NCBI GenBank assembly: GCA_029859805.1 | Contig: JAOUCL010000003.1 | Span: 1-56,456, forward strand | From: Rhodospirillales bacterium | Lineage (GTDB): Bacteria > Pseudomonadota > Alphaproteobacteria > Kiloniellales > JAKSDN01 | DNA length: 56,456 nt | Reading direction: 5' to 3' | Part shown: in pieces, positions 38,083-47,818 of the stretch | How positions within the stretch are numbered: position 1 is the stretch's first letter | Layout of the letters: the number at the start of each line of letters is the position of its first letter | Translations under genes and position numbers: made by a program | Notes under the pieces: model-generated | Database searches by the model: none | Seen by the model: the letters and a program-made list of their open reading frames with translations, nothing else | What the model was told of the DNA's origin: nothing

Positions 38083-38506
38083 ACGTCTTGCGGTGAACGG
38101 CGGAGGATCCATGGCCGTGGCGCCGGTTTTCATGGGCCTCGCCGTGCCGTTCCGCCGGCTTCATGCGAGGAGCGGCCCCTCGATTCTCGGGCGCGCACCG
38201 GTTGGCCTTGTGAAACGACGCCGGACTGATGCGAGGAACTAACTGACACCGGTGGAACGACCGGCAGCCCGAAGCCCCCGGCACCGGTGGATCTGGTCGC
38301 GGCGCCGGGCAGTCCGGCTGTGTTGATTCCACTTGCAATTTGGCGTGCAGAGTACCAATTTGGGCGCAACGGGTGCACATAACCCTGGCGAATTCTTGCT
38401 GCTGACTTCAGCCGAGCCGAGTTACTCCCAGATACTGTGAAGCCCCAATAATCGTGATGCCGCTTGGAACGGCCCGCATCAACTCGATACCTGGAAAGGA
38501 GTAGCT

Positions 38507-38716
38507 ATGGCTACCGGAACAGTGAAATGGTTCAATTCGGTCAAGGGGTATGGATTCATTCAGCCGAGCGATGGATCGCGCGATGCGTTCGTCCATATTT
38601 CGGCCGTTGAACGTGCCGGACTGGACACCCTTCGCGAGGGCCAGAAGGTCGAGTACGACCTCGTGCCCGGACAGAACGGCAAGTCCTCCGCGGAAAATCT
38701 TGTCGCTTTGGACTAA
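38507..38716 (+). CDS. cspA: Cold-shock protein
   Basis: MATGTVKWFN..KGYGFI (RNP1), AFVHISA (RNP2); AAGGAG RBS. Confidence 0.95.
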   Translation: MATGTVKWFNSVKGYGFIQPSDGSRDAFVHISAVERAGLDTLREGQKVEYDLVPGQNGKSSAENLVALD

Positions 38717-38914
38717 ATGCTTGCGATCGGCCGCCCTCGCGCCGGATATCTGAGGTCGATACCGGCGCCCGAGGGCGGACGAACCCGAGCCGGGCGATAG
38801 TATTAGGTTGCCTTTGGGGGCGTTCCCGGCGCTTGCCCGGTGCTCGTTATAGCCCGGCCGACACGTGTGTCGGTTGCGGAGCTGTTGCCTTTGCACTGAC
38901 CGAAAGGACATTAC

Positions 38915-39079
38915 ATGGCCCGAAAGCCCAACTACAAATTCGAGCGTATGGAACGCGACAGAGCCAAAGCCGAAAAGAAGGCCGCGCGCGCCAAGGCCAA
39001 GGCGGAGAAGGCGGGCAAGACCGAGGGGGAAGTGGCCGAGGAGGCACCCGCCGAGGAAGATTCGGCGAGTTCTCAGTGA
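38915..39079 (+). CDS. Small basic/acidic protein (54 aa), below the ORF-track cutoff
   Basis: AAAGGA RBS; MARKPNYKFERMERDRAKAEKKAARAKAKAEKAGKTEGEVAEEAPAEEDSASSQ; host-like codon usage. Confidence 0.75.
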   Translation: MARKPNYKFERMERDRAKAEKKAARAKAKAEKAGKTEGEVAEEAPAEEDSASSQ

Positions 39080-39373
39080 GCCCGCGTATCGCAACCTGAC
39101 GAGAATCCTGACTGACGCGGTGTCCCGAAGAGGACGGCGCAGGACCGGTTCAAATGGGCGCATGCTCCGGTTCAGGCCGGACGCGCCAGATCCCATATCT
39201 TCGAAGAATCCCCAATACCGTAATATCCGGGGGCCTTCCACCCCGGCCCCGAAAACATGCTCCGGCATGTCCGCGCCGCATGTCCGGTCCGCCGCCGCGG
39301 GGTGTTGTGCGGGCCCGGCGGCGGGCCTAGAGTCGCGCGAGCGAGCGGGGCCATGGGAAGGATCCGACGGGCC

Positions 39374-40763
39374 ATGAGCGACTCACTCAAATGCATCACG
39401 CCGGTCGACGGCAGCGTCTATGTCGAGCGGCCCCTGTCCGGCGCCGCCGAAGTCGAGGCGGCGGTGGACCGCGCCCGCGCGGCGCAGACCGCCTGGAAAT
39501 ACGTGCCGATCGCCGAGCGCCAGGCGCTGCTGACCAAGGCGGTCGACGCCTTCGTCGCCAGGAAGGCCGAGATCGCCGAGGAGATCTCCTGGCAGATGGG
39601 CCGGCCGGTCGGCCAGAGCCCCGGCGAGGTCGGCGGCTTCGAAGAGCGCGCGCGCTACATGATCGAGGCCGCGCCGAACGCGCTGGCCGACGTCGGGGTC
39701 GGTCCCAAGGAGGGTTTCACCCGTTTCATCCGGCGCGATCCGCTCGGTGTGGTCTTCGTCGTCGCACCTTGGAATTTCCCCTATCTGACCGCGGTCAACT
39801 CCATCGTTCCGGCGCTCATGGCCGGCAACGCGGTGATCCTCAAGCACTCGGCCCAGACGCCGCTCTGCGCCGAACGCTTCGCCGAGGCCTTCGAGACCGC
39901 GGGCCTGCCCAAGGGCATTTTTCAGCACCTGCACCTGGGCCACCGGGCGGCGCTCGACCTGATCGGCCACGAGGGCATCGACTTCGTCGCCTTCACCGGC
40001 TCGGTGCCGGCCGGCCACGCGGTGCAGGACGCCGCCGCCAAGCGCTTCATCGGTCTGGGCCTCGAGCTGGGCGGCAAGGACCCGGCCTACGTGCGCGCCG
40101 ACGTGAAGCTCGACCACGCGGTCGAGAACGTGGTCGACGGCGCGTTCTTCAACGCCGGCCAGTCGTGCTGCGGCATCGAGCGGGTCTACGTCCACGAGGC
40201 GGTCTACGAACCCTTCGTCGAGGGCGTCGCGGAACTGGTCGGCACGTACGTGCTGGGCAACCCGCTCGAGGCCGGGACTACCCTGGGCCCCATGGTGCGC
40301 CTCGGCCGCCGACTTCGTGCGCGGCCAGATCGCCGAGGCGGTCGGGGCCGGCGCCAAGGCATTGGTCGACCCGGCCGGCTTCCCGGCCGACAAGCCGGGC
40401 ACGCCCTACCTGGCGCCGCAGGTCCTGGTCGATGTCGACCATACGATGCGTGTCATGAGCGAGGAGTCCTTCGGCCCCGTCGTCGGCATCATGAAGGTCG
40501 CCTCCGACTTGGAGGCGGTGCGCCTGATGAACGACAGCGCCTTCGGCCTGACCGCCTCGATCTGGACCACCGACGAGCGGGCCGCGATCGAGATCGGCAC
40601 ACAGGTCGAGACCGGCACTTGGTTCATGAACCGCTGCGACTACCTGGACCCGGCGCTCGCCTGGACCGGAGTCAAGGACTCCGGCCGCGGCTGCACGCTT
40701 TCGGTCATTGGCTACGAACAGCTGACCCGCCCCAAGTCGTTCCATTTGAGAACCGCCGTCTGA
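39374..40763 (+). pseudogene. Aldehyde dehydrogenase, frameshifted near 40301 (pseudogene or sequence error)
   Basis: Frame 1 carries PWNFP, FTGS, LELGGKDP, NAGQSCC up to GPMVR. The C-terminus (SAADFVRGQI..EESFGP..FGLTASIWT..GVKDSGRG) continues in the +1 frame to 40763. Confidence 0.85.
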
Positions 40764-40775
40764 AGGACCGCCGAG

Positions 40776-41966
40776 ATGACCGCACAGACAGACGTTGATC
40801 CCGCGAGCTTGCGCGGCAGCTGGAACTACCCGACGACGATGCTGTTCGGCGCCGGACGCGTCCGGAACCTGGCGCGCGCCTGCAAGGGCCTCGGCATGAG
40901 CCGGCCGCTGCTGGTCACGGACCCGGGCCTGGCCGGCCTGCCCATGGTGCAGGACGCGGTCGCGGCCAACGAGGCCGAGGGCCTGCCGACCGGTCTGTTC
41001 AGCGAGGTCAAGCCCAACCCGGTGGGCCGCAACGTCGACGAGGGGGTCACCGCCTTCAAGGCCGGCGGCCACGACGGCGTGATCGCCTTCGGCGGCGGCA
41101 GCGCCCTGGACGCCGCCAAGGCGATCGCCTTCATGTCGGGACAGACCAAGTCGATCTGGGACTTCGAGGATGTCGGCGACAACTGGAAGGCCGCCGTCGA
41201 GGCCGGCATCGCGCCGATCGTCGCCGTGCCGACCACGGCGGGCACCGGCTCGGAGGTCGGCCGCGCCTCGGTCATCGTCGACGAGGGGTCGCACAGCAAG
41301 AAGATCATCTTCCACCCGAAGATGCTGCCCGGCGTCGTGATCTCCGACCCGGTTCTGACCGTCGGCCTGCCGCCGCACATGACGGCGGCGACCGGGATGG
41401 ACGCGCTGGCCCACTGCCTCGAGGCCTACTGCGCACCGGGCTACCACCCCATGGCCGAGGGCATCGCCGTCGAGGGCATACGCCTGGTCAAGGACTGGCT
41501 GCCTGCGGCGGTCGCGGACGGGAGCAACCTGGCGGCGCGCGCCCACATGCTGGCCGCGGCCTCGATGGGCGCAACCGCCTTCCAGAAGGGCCTCGGCGCG
41601 ATCCACTCCCTCTCGCACCCGGTGGGCGCGCTCTACGATACCCACCACGGGCTCACCAACGCGGTCTTCATGCCTTACGTGCTGGCCTACAACCGGGGGG
41701 CTATCGAGGACAGAATGGCACGGCTCGGCGCCTGGCTCGACCTGCCCGACCCCTCGTTCGGCGCGGTCATGGGCTGGGTCATGGGCCTGCGCGAGCAGTT
41801 GAAGATCCCGCACACCCTGAAGGAGATCGGGGTCGGTGACGACAAGCTCGACGAGATCTCGGAGATGGCCGCGGTCGACCCCACGGCGCCGACCAACCCG
41901 ATCCCGGTCGGCGCGCCGGAGCTCAAGACCATCCTCGTCGCTGCGCTCGAGGGGCGCGTCGGCTGA
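40776..41966 (+). CDS. Iron-containing alcohol dehydrogenase
   Basis: GGGSALDAAK, PTTAGTGSE, DALAHCLE, HSLSH, HHGLTN. Confidence 0.93.
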   Translation: MTAQTDVDPASLRGSWNYPTTMLFGAGRVRNLARACKGLGMSRPLLVTDPGLAGLPMVQDAVAANEAEGLPTGLFSEVKPNPVGRNVDEGVTAFKAGGHDGVIAFGGGSALDAAKAIAFMSGQTKSIWDFEDVGDNWKAAVEAGIAPIVAVPTTAGTGSEVGRASVIVDEGSHSKKIIFHPKMLPGVVISDPVLTVGLPPHMTAATGMDALAHCLEAYCAPGYHPMAEGIAVEGIRLVKDWLPAAVADGSNLAARAHMLAAASMGATAFQKGLGAIHSLSHPVGALYDTHHGLTNAVFMPYVLAYNRGAIEDRMARLGAWLDLPDPSFGAVMGWVMGLREQLKIPHTLKEIGVGDDKLDEISEMAAVDPTAPTNPIPVGAPELKTILVAALEGRVG

Positions 41967-41987
41967 GGACAGCAGCGGAGCGGTCCG

Positions 41988-43142
41988 GTGAAACGGAACT
42001 GGACGGCTCCGACGCTTCTGCTGCTGGCCGCTCTGGCGCTCAGCGCCTGCTCCCCGCAGCGCGGGTTGGAGGCCTGGGCACTGCTGGAAGATCTGGCGGC
42101 CGGTGCCGGACCGAGTCGCCTCAAGGAAAGCACGTCCGAACCGCGGCGCCAGGCGGTCGCCTACGAGATCGCCGGTCAGGGCTACCGGGGCGACCTCTAC
42201 CGGCCGGCCGAGGGTCCGGGCGTACCCCTGGTGCTGGTGCCGGGCGCGGCCCCGGACGGCAAGGACGACCCGCGCCTGGTGGCGACCGCCAGGTCGCTGG
42301 CACGGGCCCGCTTCACGGTCCTGGTACCGGACATCGAGAACCTGCGCCGGCTCCACGTCAGCGCCGCCGACGCCCTGGAGATTGCCGCCGCGGTGCGTTA
42401 CCTGGCTGCCCGGGACGGAACCGGCGACACCAGGGTGGGAATCGTTGCGATCTCCTACGCCGCCGGTCCGGCGATGATGGCCGCGCTCACGCCGCCGGCG
42501 CGCGACCTGGTGCGCTTCGTCGTGACGATCGGCGGCTATTTCGATCTCGAGGCCGTCGTCACCTTCTTCACCACCGGCCGCTACCGCGAGGCCCCAAGCG
42601 CGCCCTGGCAGTACAGGCGACCGAACGCCTATGGCAAGTGGGTGTTCCTGCGCAGCAACGCTTGGCGCCTGGAGGAGCCGCGCGACCGCGTGCTGCTCGA
42701 CGCCATGGCGGCACGCAAGCTGAGGAACCTGGACGCCGACATCGCCGACCTCATCCCCCGGCTCGGCCGTGAGGGCCGCGCGGTCCATGCCCTGCTCGCC
42801 AACCGCGACCCCGATCGGGTGCCGGCCCTGATCGCCGCCCTGCCCGCCCCCGTCCGCGGCGAAATCGCGGCGCTCGACCTGAAACGGCACGATCTCGCGG
42901 CCTTCGAGGCCGACGTAATCCTGGTCCACGGCCGCGACGACCCGATCATCCCCGAGACGGAGAGCATGGCGCTGGCGGCCGCGTTGCCCGAGGGCCGGGC
43001 CCGCCTCTACCTGGCCGACAACCTGGCCCACGCCGACCTGGCCCCGGCCGGCCCAGGCGACAGCCTGGTATTGTGGCGTGCGGCCCTGCACCTGCTCGAA
43101 CTGCGCGATGCTCTTCTGGCCGCGGGTAACGGGGAGAGCTGA
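41988..43142 (+). CDS. Alpha/beta-hydrolase fold lipoprotein
   Basis: Lipobox LSAC; AISYAAG elbow, VHGRDDPIIP, LAH; GTG start. Confidence 0.72.
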   Translation: MKRNWTAPTLLLLAALALSACSPQRGLEAWALLEDLAAGAGPSRLKESTSEPRRQAVAYEIAGQGYRGDLYRPAEGPGVPLVLVPGAAPDGKDDPRLVATARSLARARFTVLVPDIENLRRLHVSAADALEIAAAVRYLAARDGTGDTRVGIVAISYAAGPAMMAALTPPARDLVRFVVTIGGYFDLEAVVTFFTTGRYREAPSAPWQYRRPNAYGKWVFLRSNAWRLEEPRDRVLLDAMAARKLRNLDADIADLIPRLGREGRAVHALLANRDPDRVPALIAALPAPVRGEIAALDLKRHDLAAFEADVILVHGRDDPIIPETESMALAAALPEGRARLYLADNLAHADLAPAGPGDSLVLWRAALHLLELRDALLAAGNGES

Positions 43143-43189
43143 CGGCCCGTTCCCGCAAGCCCCCCGCTGATCCGGGCACACACGGAAGC

Positions 43190-43225
43190 AAAAAAATTTC
43201 CCGTATCCGGCCGGGAATGTTTTTT
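43190..43225. terminator. Inverted repeat flanked by A and T tracts, at the start of the AT-rich region upstream of Leu dehydrogenase
   Basis: AAAAAATTTCCCG-tatccggc-CGGGAATGTTTTTT. Confidence 0.45.
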
Positions 43226-43378
43226 CCTGACCTTTCCGTTATCTTCCCGTTAACATTATGTCTATTTACGCACTATTAAGCGTTTTCTTATTGAATACTT
43301 ATACGAACCGGCGATATTGATACATAGACAACCGGCGCCGTCGGAGACGCCGGACAGCAAGCGAGGTTGACGTCTGCC

Positions 43379-44437
43379 ATGACCCTCTTCACCCACCCCG
43401 AATTCGACGACCATGCCGAAGTGGCCTTCTGCCGCGATCCCGAAAGCGGCCTGCAAGCAATCATCGCGATCCACAATCTGAACCGCGGCCCGGCCCTCGG
43501 CGGCTGCCGCATGTGGAGCTATGCCAACGAGGAGGAGGCGCTGACTGACGCGTTGCGCCTGGCGCGCGGCATGACCTACAAGTCGGCGCTCGCCGGCCTG
43601 CCCTACGGCGGCGGCAAGTCGGTCATCATCGGCGATCCGAAGACCGCTAAGAGCGAGGAGCTGTTCCGCGCCATGGGCCGCTTCGTCGAGTCGCTCGGCG
43701 GCCGCTACATCATCGCCGAGGACGTCGGCATCAGCGTGCCCGACATCGACATCATCGCCCAGGAGACCACGCACGTGTCCGGCGCCACCGCCGGCGGCGT
43801 GGGCGACCCCTCGCCGGGCACCGCCTACGGCGTCTACATGGGCATCCGCGCCGCGGTCAAATACAAGCTCGGCCGGGACGATCTCAAAGGCCTTACCGTG
43901 GCCGTCCAGGGTTTGGGCCATGTCGGCCGCTATCTCTGTCGCCGCCTGGCCGGCGCCGGCGCCGCTCTGATCGTCACGGACATCGACCGGAACGAGGTCG
44001 ACGCGGTGGTCGACGAGCTGGGCGCCAAGGCGGTCGCGCCCGAAGAGATCTACGGCGTCGAGGCCGACGTCTATGCGCCCTGCGCGCTCGGCGCCACGAT
44101 CGACGACGGCACGATCAAGGTGCTGCGCGCGCCGATTGTCGCCGGCGCGGCCAACAATCAGCTGGCCGAGCCGAGGCACGGCGCCGAGCTGCTGCGCCGC
44201 GGCGTGCTCTACGCGCCGGACTACGTGATCAATGCCGGCGGCGTCATCGTCATCAGTCACGAGGGACCGCGCTACGACAAGGCCGAGGCCTTCGCGCACA
44301 TCGCCGGGATCCACGACACGCTGCTCGAGATCTTCCGGCGCGCGGACGCGACCGGCGCGCCCACCTCAGAGGCCGCCGACCGCCTGGCCGAAGAGCGTTT
44401 CAAGGGGGCCGGCCTGGCGACCTCCGCAGCGGCCTGA
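43379..44437 (+). CDS. Leucine dehydrogenase (Glu/Leu/Phe/Val dehydrogenase family)
   Basis: [55 protein letters not shown]. Confidence 0.92.
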   Translation: MTLFTHPEFDDHAEVAFCRDPESGLQAIIAIHNLNRGPALGGCRMWSYANEEEALTDALRLARGMTYKSALAGLPYGGGKSVIIGDPKTAKSEELFRAMGRFVESLGGRYIIAEDVGISVPDIDIIAQETTHVSGATAGGVGDPSPGTAYGVYMGIRAAVKYKLGRDDLKGLTVAVQGLGHVGRYLCRRLAGAGAALIVTDIDRNEVDAVVDELGAKAVAPEEIYGVEADVYAPCALGATIDDGTIKVLRAPIVAGAANNQLAEPRHGAELLRRGVLYAPDYVINAGGVIVISHEGPRYDKAEAFAHIAGIHDTLLEIFRRADATGAPTSEAADRLAEERFKGAGLATSAAA

Positions 44438-44463
44438 GCCATAGTTTCCGATAACCCCCGCTT

Positions 44464-44498
44464 CGCCCGGGCCCGATCGCGGCCCGGGCGTTTCCTTT
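44464..44498 (+). terminator. Rho-independent terminator
   Basis: CGCCCGGGCC-loop-GGCCCGGGCG followed by TTTCCTTT, between convergent genes. Confidence 0.7.
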
Positions 44499-45286
44499 CA
44501 TCCACCGAAAGCGTAGGCGGCCATGGAGAGGCCGCCGGGGCCAAAGCTGCGGTGCAGGACGCGGCCCCCACCGCCGTCGGCCGCCGTGCCGGCGCCGAGC
44601 GCCACGAAGAGCGGCAGGACGTGCTCCTCTGTCGGGTGCGCCCGTTCGCCGGACGGCGCGCGACTCCGGTAGTCGACGAGGTCCTCGACCGCACCGGCTT
44701 GGACTCGTTCCGCCAGCCAGTCGTCGAAGGCCTGGGCCCAGTCCGGCACCCCGGCCTCTCCGTCCCGCCATTTCCGCAGATTGTGCACCGCCCCGCCGGA
44801 GCCCAGGATCAGCACGCCCTCGGCACGCAGCGGCGCCAGCGCCCGGCCCAGTGCCAGGTGGTCGGCGGAGCCGCCCCGGATCTGCACGCTGAGCTGGGTT
44901 ACCGGAGTCTTGGCCTCGGGGTACATCAGCAGGAGCGGCACCCAGGCGCCATGGTCGAGTCCTCGTGTCTCGATCAGCGACGCCTCACGCCCGGCCCCGG
45001 CGAGCAGGGCGGCCGCGCGGCGCGCCAGGTCCGGCGCCCCCGGCGCGGGATAGCTGAGCTCGTAGAGCGCTTCCGGGAAGCCGTAGAAATCGTGGATCGT
45101 CTCGGGCGCCTCGGCCAGGCTGAGCGCCGGCCGGGCGTTCTCCCAATGCGCCGAGATGCAGAGCACGGCCTCGGGCCGACCGAGCTCGCGGCCCAGGTCC
45201 TCCAGGAAGCGCCGCGCCGGGATTTCCTCGAAGGGCAGGGTCGGCGCACCGTGGGAGACGAAGACACTGGGCAGCGTATCGAGCAT
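44498..45286 (-). CDS. DODA/YgiD-type class III extradiol dioxygenase
   Basis: FVSHGAP, SAHWE, HDFYGFP..LY, GLDHGAWVPL, SGGAVHNL, AHPTEEH. Confidence 0.9.
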   Translation of the reverse strand: MLDTLPSVFVSHGAPTLPFEEIPARRFLEDLGRELGRPEAVLCISAHWENARPALSLAEAPETIHDFYGFPEALYELSYPAPGAPDLARRAAALLAGAGREASLIETRGLDHGAWVPLLLMYPEAKTPVTQLSVQIRGGSADHLALGRALAPLRAEGVLILGSGGAVHNLRKWRDGEAGVPDWAQAFDDWLAERVQAGAVEDLVDYRSRAPSGERAHPTEEHVLPLFVALGAGTAADGGGGRVLHRSFGPGGLSMAAYAFGG

Positions 45287-45457
45287 CGTGGGTGCTTTCA
45301 TCAGACGGGCGGCTGCAGGCTAGCCCCTGGAAGCGGCGGCGCGCAAGTCACCCGCGAACCGCGGAGTGTCGCCGTAGTACCTTCGAAAGGTACCGAACAA
45401 AGCGAGCCCGGTGGCATGGTCCGGGCCGAGCGCGCTGGCGGCGACGCACGGGCCGAA

Positions 45458-45517
45458 TGAGCCGCGCCACCGTCTGAGCCGCGCCACCGCCTGAGCAGCG
45501 GCCGTCGGCCGACGGCC
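45458..45517. repeat. 17-bp tandem duplication plus 18-bp perfect palindrome
   Basis: TGAGCCGCGCCACCG(T/C)C x2 + TGAGC (45458-45496); GGCCGTCGGCCGACGGCC (45500-45517). Confidence 0.7.
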
Positions 45518-45523
45518 TTCGGG

Positions 45524-45892
45524 CTAGTGAGCCTTCGTGATCTGGCGTTGCAGCCGGCTTATGTCGCCGGACAGTTCGAACAGAAGCACGGTGAGCTTCT
45601 CGTGAATCTTGATCAGGGCGTCGACCTTGGCGGCGAGGCTCGAGGTTTCGTCGATCTCGACCGGCAGGTCGATTCCGCCGCCCGCCTCCTCGCCGGCCAG
45701 CAGCCAGACGACCGGCACGTCCAGCATCCCGGCGAGCATCGCCAGCTTGTTGGCGCGCGGCTCCGAGCGGTCCGCCTCCCAATGCGCGAGCGTCTTGGAC
45801 GCGATGCCGACCCGCCGCGCCAACTGGGACGGTGAAAATCCCTTCGCCGATCTGGCGCGCTCGATTCGCTCGCCGAGCGTTGACTGTGTCAT
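45524..45892 (-). CDS. XRE-family HTH transcriptional regulator
   Basis: TLGERI..AR, QLARRVGI..KTL..WE.DRSEPRANKL..LAGML.V...WLL.G; C-terminal coiled coil. Confidence 0.88.
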   Translation of the reverse strand: MTQSTLGERIERARSAKGFSPSQLARRVGIASKTLAHWEADRSEPRANKLAMLAGMLDVPVVWLLAGEEAGGGIDLPVEIDETSSLAAKVDALIKIHEKLTVLLFELSGDISRLQRQITKAH

Positions 45893-46004
45893 ACCAGGAC
45901 TCCGTTTATCGGTTCTCATCGACCGTCCGGATTGAACGGCCCGGATAGGCAAGCGCGCGCCCCGCTTGGCGACGCTCGGGCAGAGGCTTTGGGCCTGTCG
46001 TGGC

Positions 46005-46029
46005 GCCCCGCGCCGGACCGGCGCGGGGC
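46005..46029 (-). terminator. GC-rich hairpin downstream of rpsD
   Basis: GCCCCGCGCCGG-A-CCGGCGCGGGGC. Confidence 0.55.
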
Positions 46030-46042
46030 CGGTCGATCCGGA

Positions 46043-46657
46043 TCAGCGCGAGTAGAACTCGATGACCAGGTTGGGCTCCATCTGCACCGGGTAAGGCACA
46101 TCGGCCAGCTTGGGCCCGCGTACGAAACGCGCCTTCATGTCCTTGAGCTGGACCTCGATGTAGGTCGGCAGGTCGCGCTCTGGCGATTCGATGGCGTCGA
46201 GCACCAGCGGCAGTTCGCGGCTCCTGGCCTTTACCTGGACCTCGTCACCGTCCTGGACCTGATAGGACGGGATGTTGACCCGCTTGCCGTTGACCGTGAT
46301 GTGACCGTGGTTGACGAACTGGCGCGCGGCGAAGACCGTCGGCACGAATTTGGCGCGATAGACCACGGCGTCCAGGCGCCGCTCCAGGATCTCGATCAGC
46401 TTCTCGCCGGTGTCGCCGCGCCGCCGCACGGCTTCCTGGTAGTAGCGGCGGAACTGCTTTTCGCCGATGTTTCCGTAGTACCCCTTGAGCTTCTGCTTGG
46501 CGGCCAGCTGGGTGCCGAAGTCGGAGGGCTTGCGGCGGCGCTGGCCGTGCTGGCCAGGGCCGTACTCGCGCTTGTTGAAAGGGCTTTTCGGGCGGCCCCA
46601 GAGGTTCACCCCGAGGCGGCGGTTGATCTTGTACTTCGATTGGACGCGGTTGGACAT
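46043..46657 (-). CDS. rpsD: 30S ribosomal protein S4
   Basis: [62 protein letters not shown]. Confidence 0.98.
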   Translation of the reverse strand: MSNRVQSKYKINRRLGVNLWGRPKSPFNKREYGPGQHGQRRRKPSDFGTQLAAKQKLKGYYGNIGEKQFRRYYQEAVRRRGDTGEKLIEILERRLDAVVYRAKFVPTVFAARQFVNHGHITVNGKRVNIPSYQVQDGDEVQVKARSRELPLVLDAIESPERDLPTYIEVQLKDMKARFVRGPKLADVPYPVQMEPNLVIEFYSR

Positions 46658-46784
46658 GGCGCGCGCGGACTCCTTGGTTCCGGTTCTTGTCCCGGTAGTC
46701 CCGGCCCGCCAGGGAGATTCCCCGTGGCCGGGCGGGGTCGGAGGCTCGTCCTCCGCCCGCATTCCCGGGAATGGCTGCGCGCGG

Positions 46785-46812
46785 ACTATACGAATCGCCC
46801 CGGAAATGTCAA
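46785..46812 (-). promoter_or_regulatory. Sigma70-type promoter of rpsD
   Basis: Minus strand TTGACA-N16-TATAGT followed by GC-rich discriminator CCGCGCGC. Confidence 0.75.
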
Positions 46813-46853
46813 ACATCGTGGGTAGTGTCGAAACACGCGCCCCGGGAAAGATC

Positions 46854-47726
46854 ATGGACGGGCTGCCGGACCACGCCAAGGGGCTGATGATCGTCGTGCT
46901 GGGGGCGCTGGTGCTGACCCCGGACACGCTCCTGATCCGCCTGATTGCGCTGGACCCCTGGACCGTGCTGGTGTGGCGTGGCTTGCTGCAGGCGCTGGGC
47001 CTGAGCGTCCTGGTCGTGTGCTTCTACGGCCGCGAGACGCCGGCTTGCGTCCGCGCGGTCGGCCCGCGCGGCTATGCCGCGGCCCTGTTGTTCGCGCTCG
47101 GCACCGTGCTGTTCATCGTGGCCCTCGCCCACACCTCGGTCGCCAACACGCTGATCATCGTAGCCTCCGCGCCATTCTTCGCCGCCTTGGCCAGCCGGGT
47201 CTTCCTGGGTGAACGGATCCCGCGTCGCACCTGGGCCGCGATCGTCGTGGCACTGGGCGGCATCTTCCTGCTCGCCTTCGAGAGCCTGGGCAGCGGCTCG
47301 CTTTGGGGCGACTTGGCCGCGCTCGGCGTCGCGATCACCATGGGCGGCAACTTCACCGTGCTGCGCCACGCCCGGGCCGTCAACATGATCCCAGCCATGG
47401 CGCTCGCCGGTCTGATCGTCGGCCTGGCCGCCCTTCTGGTCGCGGAGCCCGCCGTGCTGGACCGGACACAGCTCGTCTGGATGCTGGTCATGGGCCTCTT
47501 CGTCGTGCCGGTTTCCTTCGCGCTGCTCACGCTTGGGCCCCGCTACCTGCCGGCCCCCGAGGTCAGCCTGCTGCTGCTGCTCGAGACCGTGCTCGGCCCC
47601 TTCTGGGTCTGGCTCGCCCTCGGCGAGGCCCCGGGGCCCTGGGCGCTTATCGGCGGCGGCGTCGTGGTCGCGACATTGGCGGTCCACTCGGCCCTCGCCC
47701 TCGGCCGCAGGCGCGCGCCCGCCTGA
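46854..47726 (+). CDS. DMT/EamA family transporter
   Basis: About 10 TM segments; TSVANTL, FLGE, LETVLGP.WVWL..GEAP. Confidence 0.88.
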   Translation: MDGLPDHAKGLMIVVLGALVLTPDTLLIRLIALDPWTVLVWRGLLQALGLSVLVVCFYGRETPACVRAVGPRGYAAALLFALGTVLFIVALAHTSVANTLIIVASAPFFAALASRVFLGERIPRRTWAAIVVALGGIFLLAFESLGSGSLWGDLAALGVAITMGGNFTVLRHARAVNMIPAMALAGLIVGLAALLVAEPAVLDRTQLVWMLVMGLFVVPVSFALLTLGPRYLPAPEVSLLLLLETVLGPFWVWLALGEAPGPWALIGGGVVVATLAVHSALALGRRRAPA

Positions 47727-47818
47727 GAGCGGCAACGGTCGCGCCTGGCGCAGCACCTGGATCGTGCGATAATGCGCGCGGTGAACAGAGCCAGAGCAGA
47801 GATCTACGGGAGCAACGC

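Noticed and set aside
40292-40320. Programmed ribosomal frameshift in the ALDH
   Set aside because: No slippery sequence or known precedent; a simple indel explains it.
40278-43181. 967-aa minus-strand ORF
   Set aside because: Antisense to the ALDH, Fe-ADH and hydrolase genes, which carry clear family motifs.
45458-45496. CRISPR-like repeat
   Set aside because: Only two adjacent 17-bp units, no spacers and no cas genes.
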